Positions 1 through 7,061 of a DNA stretch of 64,000 bases are shown one piece after another. Origin of the DNA: a virus (taxonomy: Duplodnaviria; Caudoviricetes); the IMG/VR virus record IMGVR_UViG_3300004481_002026, positions 2,870 through 66,869 of that record, one strand, 5' to 3'. The position numbers and the translations under genes were made by a program. The notes under the pieces are model-generated. The model saw nothing but the letters and a program-made list of their open reading frames with translations, was not told where the DNA came from and did not search any database. Numbering within the stretch: the stretch's first letter is position 1; each line of letters starts with the position of its first letter.

Positions 1-43
1 GATGCGCGAACGCGAGTGATGCGGTCGTGACTATTGTTTGCGG

Positions 44-262
44 TCATAGCTGTGCACCTCGTATTGCGTCCCGCTTCGCTTCCGCCATTGTATTGACGCC
101 TTCCGGCGACCAGCCTTCATAGAGATAGCCGCCGTCTTTCCAGCGAACGCGAATGTAGAATTTACGATCTGGAGCGCCGGGGCAGGGATCGCGCTCGATC
201 TCGATTTCTCCGCCTTTATGGCTGCCTCGGAAGTAATTGCGCGATTTTTCAAGCACTCGCAT
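44..262 (-). CDS. Hypothetical phage protein (72 aa, start re-assigned to MRVLEK)
   Basis: ORF overlaps the upstream gene's stop region and lies in the leftward early operon. Confidence 0.6.
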   Translation of the reverse strand: MRVLEKSRNYFRGSHKGGEIEIERDPCPGAPDRKFYIRVRWKDGGYLYEGWSPEGVNTMAEAKRDAIRGAQL

Positions 263-617
263 CGGTCGAGCCCTCCGAATGGTCTGCAGGTGTGTCCCGC
301 TCCGTTGCGGACGTACCATGGGCGGGCTGGGGAGCGGCGTAGAGGGGGACCGTCCAGCGTTTGAATGGTGTGTTGGATATCTGGACATTCGATGCCCCCT
401 TGCTCATTGAGCCAAGCAATGCGATCGTGTTTTCACTCACCCACGCTACCGGCTCCTGTACTGGACGGTCGGCGGTAGCCGCATCGATCTCCATCATCAT
501 GTAGGTTGCCCACGTGCCGCCGCCTTCTTCGGCGAGTTTTGTGAAAATTCGCTTCATGGCTGGGCTGTATTCCCTGCTATCGCCCATGGCGACAGATCCG
601 TGTTCTTGCTCACTCAT
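249..617 (-). CDS. Hypothetical phage protein (MSEQEH...)
   Basis: ATGA coupling with the upstream small ORF; GAGG-type SD. Confidence 0.65.
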   Translation of the reverse strand: MSEQEHGSVAMGDSREYSPAMKRIFTKLAEEGGGTWATYMMMEIDAATADRPVQEPVAWVSENTIALLGSMSKGASNVQISNTPFKRWTVPLYAAPQPAHGTSATERDTPADHSEGSTDASA

Positions 618-724
618 TTCTTCACCTCGATTGAATAGCCAGTCCACTTCGGCATCGGGTCATAGCGAGAGCACGAGGCGAGGGCGAGGATGGCTATGGT
701 GGTGGCCACAAGGAGGCGGGTCAT
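614..724 (-). CDS. Small lipoprotein, 36 aa (MTRLLVATTIAILALASCSRYDPMPKWTGYSIEVKK)
   Basis: Hand-translated (below the ORF-track cutoff). ATGA overlaps at both ends; hydrophobic signal with lipobox LAS-C. Confidence 0.7.
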   Translation of the reverse strand: MTRLLVATTIAILALASCSRYDPMPKWTGYSIEVKK

Positions 725-1011
725 TGTGCGCCACCGTGCTTCGCAAGGAGGGCAAGCGCTGCGTCTGCGTCATCCTCATAGCCTTCCTCCCGCAACGCCT
801 TCTCAGCGGCGCGCAGACCAGCAAGTAGTTCGTCTTGGGTGGAGCGCAAATTGTCCACCTCCGAGGCAAGGGCGAAATGAAGATTGTCTGGCGGTGAGTT
901 GTCAAACGCAGGCCAATGCTCGCCGTATCGCAGTGCCGTCGTCGTCCCATCGGCGCGCATTACGTAGGTGTACTTCCCGTCGAATACGCTAACGTTCAGG
1001 ATGTCGCTCAC
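721..1011 (-). CDS. Hypothetical phage protein
   Basis: 96 aa ORF, translationally coupled to both neighbours. Confidence 0.7.
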   Translation of the reverse strand: MSDILNVSVFDGKYTYVMRADGTTTALRYGEHWPAFDNSPPDNLHFALASEVDNLRSTQDELLAGLRAAEKALREEGYEDDADAALALLAKHGGAQ

Positions 1012-1250
1012 GCCGCCACCCTCCGCTCGTTCCGGCTTCCGGAACCGTTATCATTCGAAGGCCGTCTTCTCTCGTTACGGGCAGCCGTCAAAGCGCCGGG
1101 GATTTGCAGCGTCTGGCCGGTTTGCCTGGATACGTCCCGCGCTACCTTCTCCAAAGCGGCGCGCTTAGCGGGATTGGCCGATGCGATAGACATAATGGCG
1201 CCAGCGGTCGTGCCCTGATCAATGAATTCTTGTGCGGTGAGGATTGTCAT
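1008..1250 (-). CDS. Hypothetical protein with ssrA-like C-terminus (SNDN...RVAA)
   Basis: AGGAGAC SD; coupled to the next gene. Confidence 0.7.
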   Translation of the reverse strand: MTILTAQEFIDQGTTAGAIMSIASANPAKRAALEKVARDVSRQTGQTLQIPGALTAARNERRRPSNDNGSGSRNERRVAA

Positions 1251-1279
1251 GGTTGTCTCCTGTGGTGGTGAGGGGTGGG

Positions 1280-1747
1280 TTAGATGGCGAGCGCTGAGAG
1301 AACTTTGGCTTGGTAGTAATATTCGGCTTCGCGCTGTAAACTCTGGACCAGTTCGGCTGGCGCGTCGGCGTGGCGGTCATAGCGCTTGCCATCCGGTCCG
1401 CGATGCCCCGCAACGGAAATGCTAATTCTTCCCCATGGGGTCAGTGCTCGCCAGCCGGGAATGTCGTCATTCGATCCGCCCCAGTCTTCCGCCCACTCAA
1501 GAGGCTTTACCGATGGTGTGAAAATTGAGGAAATGATCCGATCAAACTCAAGTTGCGCTGCGTCCTGTGCCTCTTCGCGTGAAACAAATGGCTTGCCGTT
1601 GTATGTCCAATTGTCGTCATGAAGATTGACGTAGAACTGGCGATGGGCGGGAGTTGCTGCGCTATAGGTCTCGGGGTCGTCGTACTCGTCTTTTGGTGTT
1701 CTGGTCCAAACAAGTGGACTAGTTGTGCCTACCGTCTTGTCGGTCAA
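1280..1747 (-). CDS. Hypothetical phage protein (TTG start, MTDKTV...)
   Basis: AAGGAGAC SD before TTG at 1747; directly downstream of the promoter at 1780-1809. Confidence 0.7.
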   Translation of the reverse strand: MTDKTVGTTSPLVWTRTPKDEYDDPETYSAATPAHRQFYVNLHDDNWTYNGKPFVSREEAQDAAQLEFDRIISSIFTPSVKPLEWAEDWGGSNDDIPGWRALTPWGRISISVAGHRGPDGKRYDRHADAPAELVQSLQREAEYYYQAKVLSALAI

Positions 1748-1779
1748 AATCGTCTCCTTCGTGGTGAATTGGTAATTCC

Positions 1780-1809
1780 GACAATAGTTTATATTTACAA
1801 AATTGTCAA
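1780..1809 (-). promoter_or_regulatory. Promoter/operator cassette copy 1 (TTGACA-N17-TATTGT)
   Basis: Reverse complement of ttgacaattttgtaaatataaactattgtc; near-identical to five other copies. Confidence 0.85.
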
Positions 1810-1812
1810 GGT

Positions 1813-1980
1813 TTAGACCCTTGCCTCCACCGCCATCTGCCGCTCGACGGCAACAGCCTGGCAGGCTGTGCCGAACAACAGCAGAAGCGCGCCGACCGCG
1901 ATAATCGCGTACATGCTGTTGCGGGCCGCTAGGGTGACGTAGGTGTCGTTGAAAGGGCGGGTGGCTGTTCTGGCCGTCAT
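1813..1980 (-). CDS. Small membrane protein (55 aa)
   Basis: AAGGAG SD; single hydrophobic stretch YAIIAVGALLLLFG. Confidence 0.6.
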   Translation of the reverse strand: MTARTATRPFNDTYVTLAARNSMYAIIAVGALLLLFGTACQAVAVERQMAVEARV

Positions 1981-2081
1981 AGCACGCGCTCCTTCTTGGC
2001 CGGCGCTGTGAGGCGCAGGTGCTGGAGCATGGCCACAATGGCGGCGAGGGTGAGTGCGGAGAAGGTTATGAGGATGGTCAT
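1977..2081 (-). CDS. Small membrane peptide (34 aa, MTILITFSALTLAAIVAMLQ...)
   Basis: Hand-translated; ATGA overlap with the downstream gene; hydrophobic N-half. Confidence 0.5.
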   Translation of the reverse strand: MTILITFSALTLAAIVAMLQHLRLTAPAKKERVL

Positions 2082-2437
2082 CAGAACACCCCCAAGACTG
2101 TGTGCAGCAGCGTGTACCAGAGCGCCCAAACAATCAGGCACGCGGCAGGCAGGCCGATCATTACGGCTAGTACGGTAATTATTGCTTTTTCTGCGCGGTA
2201 GCTCATTCCCCGCACTCCCGCTTCGAAACGCAGCGAACGCGGCGCGTCCGATCGACGCCCGCGGGACGGGGATGCTTCTTAGCCTTGTGGTCAGCGCGGC
2301 GCATGGGCTCTACGCTTCCAGCAAACATAATAGGAATATATTCTTGCGTGGTATCGTCGGGCGTGATATTGTTGGGTCTAAGGTTCATGGCTTGTTCTCC
2401 TCGGTGGTGAAGCGGCTTGGTTTGAGCCGTGAGGAGC

Positions 2438-2484
2438 GATTTAGTCCGAAATGGACTCGACTGTCAATACCGAAATGGCATAAT
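2438..2484. promoter_or_regulatory. Leftward promoter (TTGACA at 2467-2462) overlapped by two CCGAAATGG operator-like sites
   Basis: CCGAAATGG at 2446-2454 and 2470-2478; the same motif class recurs at 3153-3220. Confidence 0.65.
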
Positions 2485-2695
2485 TGAAGACACGGCTGCA
2501 CTATGCCAATAAGTGGCCTATGAGCAGAATTAGTAATTGAACGGACTATTCGTGCGGCTTAGACTGCTCGGAAAAAGGGGAGAACGTACGTGGATGCATC
2601 TATGAGAGCAAAATTCGAACGGAATCTGGCCGCCATGAATAGCGACCAGAGAAAGCGATTTGAATATGCCGTTTATTGCCTCTGTCAGCCCGATC

Positions 2696-3136
2696 CTAAT
2701 GGGATTCGGGATGCTCAAGAATCTCTTCGCTTATCTGAAGAGCCAATTCTTGTTGGATGCGCGGCTGCATCGCCAGCATCGCAATCATCTGCTCTGTCGT
2801 TAGTGGGACTTGCGCCTGCAGCCTGGCGTGAACAGCCTGTGGAGCAACCTGTTGGCGTTTAGCCTTCGCTGCTGCTTCGGCAAGAAGCGATTCCCACGGG
2901 CGGTCTTGCCCTTTGTCCGCCCCGAATCCTCGAAATGTCGCCAGTTCCTCATCCGTAAAGAGAAGGCGAGCCGGATGCGTCCCCAACACAAGCGCGAGTC
3001 GCACCGCCCATTCCTTCGTCATCTTGCGTGACCCATTTTCCAGCTTAACGATTTGCGGCTGCGAAGTCTCAGCGAGTTCGGCCAGTTCGACCTGGCTCAT
3101 CCCCATATTTTCCCTGATTTCTTTCAGTTTGTTCAT
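2696..3136 (-). CDS. XRE-family HTH repressor (repressor 1)
   Basis: MNKLKEIRENMGMSQVELAELAETSQPQIVKLENG is a classic XRE HTH; divergent promoter region upstream. Confidence 0.9.
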   Translation of the reverse strand: MNKLKEIRENMGMSQVELAELAETSQPQIVKLENGSRKMTKEWAVRLALVLGTHPARLLFTDEELATFRGFGADKGQDRPWESLLAEAAAKAKRQQVAPQAVHARLQAQVPLTTEQMIAMLAMQPRIQQELALQISEEILEHPESH

Positions 3137-3152
3137 GGGTGGATTCAATATG

Positions 3153-3226
3153 CCAAAATGAACCATATTACAAAATCCATTTTGGAATATTTTTTGTTTG
3201 ACATACCGAGTCCGATTTGGCATAAC
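3153..3226 (+). promoter_or_regulatory. Rightward promoter TTGACA-N17-CATAAC (3198-3226) with CC-N5-G(G/A) operator-like sites
   Basis: CCAAAATGA 3153, CCATTTTGG 3177, CCGATTTGG 3212; lies upstream of the Cas7-like operon. Confidence 0.7.
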
Positions 3227-3612
3227 TGAGTCACAAGAGCAAAAAGACGAACGAACAGCCAAAACGGCCACCTACCTCCCAAGCGTACCGAGTAAACCAA
3301 GCGTACCAGTAAAAACAAAATGAACGCCCCGAAATGCGGGCCAACTACAGGAGACGACGACATGCAGGAAGAACAAGCAGCGTCCAGAAGAGCGGACTTT
3401 CCTTTGGGAATGCCACCGTGACGATCAACAAGGACGCTGCCCGCTGAAATGCGGGCGGCGGGTTCCTCCAGCCAGTCCGCTCGATTGCGAGCCGATCGGG
3501 GTGGAGACACCAAGCGCCATGACGCTTTTTTTCGCGGCGCGGCGTGACGCGACACATCGTAACGTCAAGCTATTCAACGACCTTTCACCACAACCACATC
3601 GAGGAGACTAAA

Positions 3613-4209
3613 ATGGATTTTTCCGTAGCCACCGTAACACTCAGAAGCTTTTCCCCTTACAGCCAGAGCAAGCAGCATGACGAACCGTCGCTGAAGGGCG
3701 AGGGCAAAGGAGACTACGACAAGCGCACCTGGAAGGCCAAGGCGCATTTCACCAAGGAAGGCACGCTTGGCATTCCGGCGGCATCCATGACGCAGGCCAT
3801 TGCCGAAGCCGCCAAATACTCCAAGAAACAAATCCCCGGCCAGGGCAAGGCCACATGGACCGCCAAATTCAAGAGCGGTATCATGCTCGTCGATAGCTAC
3901 ATTGACACCGGCATAACACTCAAGGACAGCGACTTCGTCGACATCATGTGCGACGCTCAGGGTAAGACCGGATCAGCCGTCAGCAGCCGCGTACCGCGCC
4001 GCTTTCCGCAGGTTCCCGAATGGTCGGCCACATTCCAAGTATGGATACTCGACCCCATTATCACCGAAGAAATCTTCCGCGAGATGGTCGAGCTTGCCGG
4101 TATGTTCATCGGTATCGGCCGCTGGCGGCCCGTCATGAACGGCGGAATGAACGGTCGCTTCATCATCGACAAGCTTCAATGGGAAGATAACCGCAAGTTT
4201 GCGGCGTAA
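3613..4209 (+). CDS. Stand-alone Cas7/RAMP-like RNA-binding protein (198 aa)
   Basis: RAMP-like motifs GIPAASMTQAI, RVPRRFP..PEWSATF and a C-terminal Gly-rich loop AGMFIGIGRWRP..GG.NGRF; GAGGAG SD; no other cas genes nearby. Called by motif recognition, not by search. Confidence 0.75.
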   Translation: MDFSVATVTLRSFSPYSQSKQHDEPSLKGEGKGDYDKRTWKAKAHFTKEGTLGIPAASMTQAIAEAAKYSKKQIPGQGKATWTAKFKSGIMLVDSYIDTGITLKDSDFVDIMCDAQGKTGSAVSSRVPRRFPQVPEWSATFQVWILDPIITEEIFREMVELAGMFIGIGRWRPVMNGGMNGRFIIDKLQWEDNRKFAA

Positions 4210-4213
4210 TCAA

Positions 4214-5009
4214 CGCAGCGCCGCGTTTAGCTCGGCACGTTTACGCCGCTTTGCGCAACGCCTTGCTAGGCAGGCTCTTTCGGGAGCCTGCTCAGGGAAG
4301 GCATTGTCTTCCACTTCGCATCTACACGCCACGCTTTGCGCAGTTACGCAACGTTGCGCCGCTCATCTCAACGCAAGGAACTATCATGACTACCGTTGCC
4401 CAACTTAATCAGCCTAGAAGACCGATTGCGGTGGGCAACCGCCGCCTTCTTTCCGCTTCTCGCCATTGTGCTCCATTACGCACCGTGCCGCAGCTTAGTG
4501 AATCGCAAGTCAACTCAACGTTTCCTAGCTTGGTCGGCTCTTCATTGAGCCGCCTTGTGGTGGGAAACCGCCACTGCGCCCCGCGCCTCTACACAACATG
4601 TCGCTCCACGGCTCGTCCTGTCGTATCGCACCTCATCTCAACGAACACCAAACTCAGCAGCGACCGCATTCGTGCGGTCATTGGTGGGCTTGTCCTGCTA
4701 CTCCGATTCGCTACTTGGCGCACCACCGCTCTCTTCGTCGTTCCGCCTTGCACGTCATCTCAACGAATACCCTGCCAAGCGGAGGTTGCCTTCGGGCACC
4801 TTTCGGTTCGCAGGAACCACCCGGCTCCATATCGCGACATGGCGCGCCGCTGCACATTATTGCGCATCTCACCTCACCTCAACGGCCGCCCTTCGGGGCG
4901 GCATCCCCAAGCATTCCTGCTGGAGTGTTTCGGGATGCCGTCACTGGTATCAACCCACGCCACTCTCTGCTTCGCTCCAAAACTTTGCGCAACGTCACTC
5001 ATCTCAACG
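4214..5009 (+). ncRNA. Array of seven pentamer-periodic (CNY-NN)n tracts separated by hairpins; putative guide-RNA array
   Basis: Tracts at 4214-4268, 4312-4371, 4449-4518, 4572-4641, 4694-4763, 4818-4882, 4958-5007. Of 88 pentamers, 72 start with C and 84 have a pyrimidine at position 3. Six tracts end in CTCAACG. Confidence 0.8.
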
Positions 5010-5036
5010 CGCCTAACCACCACATGAGGAGACCCC

Positions 5037-5564
5037 ATGGCCTTTGAATCCACTCCCGCCAGATTGGCGATCAGAGACAAGCTCGTCGACGCATTCGTGC
5101 ATGTCTCAGTGCAGGGGTTAATCACCCACCAGGAAATTGCAGCCATCATTGGCAAGAAAGTAACGTCACCTGACGCGTTGAAAAATTCCGCATTCAAGGT
5201 TGCGACGGAAGAACACGGCATCGTGTTTGAGAACATCCGAGGTGCTGGCTACCGGCGTATCGCGGCCGGAGAAGTGCATCGCGTCGGCACGCAAGCCCGC
5301 CACCGCATACGCGGCACGGCAAAGCGCGGAACGAAGAAGATACTGGCCGTTCTGTCCGGAAACTCCAACAGCATGACAAATGGTGAAAAGATCAGGGCCC
5401 ACGCCGAGATTGGCACGCTTGGTATGATCCGCATGGCGGCCGGTCGTGGTGCGGCGGGGAGGGCGTACCGTGAGGCCGAACGTGCTCATGATAAAAGCCA
5501 GAAGCCGCCAGCGCAGGAAGACATCGCACGCGCCGTTATGGGCGCTCTGGTGCGGTCAGCATGA
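5037..5564 (+). CDS. Accessory protein of the Cas7-like locus, possibly winged-helix DNA-binding (175 aa)
   Basis: Follows the array; GAGGAGAC SD; ITHQEIAAIIG helix plus VFENIRGAGYRR wing-like motif; basic. Confidence 0.7.
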   Translation: MAFESTPARLAIRDKLVDAFVHVSVQGLITHQEIAAIIGKKVTSPDALKNSAFKVATEEHGIVFENIRGAGYRRIAAGEVHRVGTQARHRIRGTAKRGTKKILAVLSGNSNSMTNGEKIRAHAEIGTLGMIRMAAGRGAAGRAYREAERAHDKSQKPPAQEDIARAVMGALVRSA

Positions 5565-5715
5565 CACACTTCCCCAAGAGACACCTTTCGGCCGACACCA
5601 CTCGCAAGGTCTCTGGGGAAGTTTCCTACTAAAAAGGGCGAGGAGACTCGGCGAGAATAGGAAAATCGCCGGGACGGAAGCCCAATCTTTCGCTACTCGC
5701 CACCACAGCGAGCGC
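5565..5715 (-). ncRNA. Candidate small structured RNA
   Basis: Downstream of the leftward promoter at 5719-5748; no credible ORF; several hairpins, with GNRA loops (GCGA, GAAA) when read on the minus strand. Confidence 0.35.
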
Positions 5716-5718
5716 CGT

Positions 5719-5748
5719 AACAATAGTATTTTTGTACAATATTGTCAA
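5719..5748 (-). promoter_or_regulatory. Promoter/operator cassette copy 2 (variant)
   Basis: Minus strand reads TTGACA-atattgtacaaaaatac-TATTGT; contains the palindrome ACAATATTGT. Confidence 0.75.
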
Positions 5749-5753
5749 CCAGA

Positions 5754-6335
5754 TCAGACACGCTCGGAAAGGACGATGACATGAATTGCCTGAACACCCG
5801 TTATCGTCACGTTTCCTTCGAAGGCGTACTGGCTGATTTCAGCCTTGTCTGCGGTAAAGGACTCCAGTTTGCCTATCCAAGCAACTCCGCCCTTTCCGTA
5901 AACGAGCACATCGTTTCCAGGCTTTGCCCACAGGGATGGATCAACCCACGCCGTCTTACCCACCAAGAAGGCGGGCTCCATCACTATGGTATCCACAGAA
6001 ACCGAGTATCGGGCGCTCGGAACCTCATCGAAACGGAACTTACCAGCCTTTCGGTCGGAGACCTTTCCGCGAGGATATGCGCGGGCCAGATCGAGTGCTT
6101 TGGGAATCTTGGTTTTTCCCGTGCTTACCTTGGCCTCTGCGACAAGTTCCTCGACCATATCAGGAGAGATTCGCAGAAAGTCAGCAAGCTTACCAAACCA
6201 TTGAGCGCGAGGGATTGTCCCTGTTTTCCATTGGCTGAAAGATTGTTGCTGCCAGCCGTATTCCTTGGAAAGCGCCTTTTCCGACATCTCGCGGCGTTTC
6301 TGTTCATGGGCCAGCGTCTGGCTAAGTCGCGACAT
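5754..6335 (-). CDS. CI-like repressor 2 (XRE HTH plus S24/LexA-like C-terminal domain)
   Basis: N-terminal HTH (SEKALSKEYGWQQQSFSQWKTG); C-terminal YSVSV..MEPAFLVG....VDP...KPGNDVLV....IGKL is S24-like. Confidence 0.85.
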   Translation of the reverse strand: MSRLSQTLAHEQKRREMSEKALSKEYGWQQQSFSQWKTGTIPRAQWFGKLADFLRISPDMVEELVAEAKVSTGKTKIPKALDLARAYPRGKVSDRKAGKFRFDEVPSARYSVSVDTIVMEPAFLVGKTAWVDPSLWAKPGNDVLVYGKGGVAWIGKLESFTADKAEISQYAFEGNVTITGVQAIHVIVLSERV

Positions 6336-6361
6336 GATCGTCCTTTGAAAGCTAAAAGAAC

Positions 6362-6393
6362 TTGACAATAATGTAAATATAAACTATTGTCAA
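6362..6393. promoter_or_regulatory. Promoter/operator cassette copy 3; reads TTGACA-N17-TATTGT on both strands
   Basis: ttgacaataatgtaaatataaactattgtcaa, between the divergent repressor 2 and the gene at 6447. Confidence 0.85.
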
Positions 6394-6446
6394 ATTCCAA
6401 ATCGCGCACCGGGCGATTTATTTTTTACCACATGGAGGAGACTAAA

Positions 6447-7034
6447 ATGGCACGACTCAACAAAGTGGAACGCGAGAAATACGGTATTTCCATCCATCGC
6501 ATGTCGGAGCTTTCCGGACTGTCAGTGGACAGGGTTAAGGAAATCGAGGCCACACAACTCAGCCTTATCGGTCAAGGCGCGCCAAGGGATAGGCTTGCCA
6601 CTCCGGCTGACAGCGCACGAATGCTCGAGGTTGTCGATACCATCAAGAAAGAACAAGACGCAGTAGTCGAGGCGATGATGGGACGGCTTGTCGCCACTGG
6701 CGTCGACATTTCCCTGAAGCTAGTGGGCGTTTCATCGACGGTTCAGCCGATGTACCACGCTGAATTGTCGCAGACCACGCTTTCGGGTGGATCCCTCGTG
6801 TCGTCGGCCCGTGGACGGTCGCCGCTGTCGGCAATGACCGCGTGCATCGACACCATGCGGGAAGTAGTCGGCAATGTGTCCGGTCTGCTTCCGCTTCCTC
6901 GCGCCGAAGCTCCAGATGTTATGCACCTCGCCAATGCCGTCATGGACACCCTCGAAAAACGCCCAAGCAACTACGATATCGGCAAGGCCATTGAGGGTGC
7001 AATTCTCGCCGAACGCCAGCGACACGCCGCCTAA
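6447..7034 (+). CDS. Cro-like HTH protein with C-terminal extension
   Basis: SIHRMSELSGLSVDRVKEIE HTH; first gene divergent from repressor 2; GGAGGAG SD. Confidence 0.7.
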   Translation: MARLNKVEREKYGISIHRMSELSGLSVDRVKEIEATQLSLIGQGAPRDRLATPADSARMLEVVDTIKKEQDAVVEAMMGRLVATGVDISLKLVGVSSTVQPMYHAELSQTTLSGGSLVSSARGRSPLSAMTACIDTMREVVGNVSGLLPLPRAEAPDVMHLANAVMDTLEKRPSNYDIGKAIEGAILAERQRHAA

Positions 7035-7061
7035 CCACCACCAACCACCAGAGGAGACCCT

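Noticed and set aside
2590-2862. 90-aa plus-strand ORF
   Set aside because: Overlaps the repressor 1 3' end antisense by about 170 nt with no recognisable domain; cannot be supported, though not excluded.
4214-5009. Canonical CRISPR array
   Set aside because: No identical 25-45 nt repeats alternating with spacers; conservation is periodic at 5 nt within tracts, plus a 7-nt end motif.
4214-5009. Simple microsatellite or low-complexity decay
   Set aside because: Positions 4-5 vary freely while positions 1 and 3 are constrained, tract lengths are similar and tracts are punctuated by hairpins; slippage would homogenise whole units.
4251-5047. ORF-track proteins 4251-5027, 4555-5016 and 4598-5047
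   Set aside because: All three frames are open over a C-rich periodic array and the translations are unprotein-like; treated as artefacts (the SD at 4386 is noted separately).
2400-6450. Alphaproteobacterial LexA boxes (GTTC-N7-GTTC)
   Set aside because: None convincing by eye in the control regions; a motif scan would be needed to exclude them.
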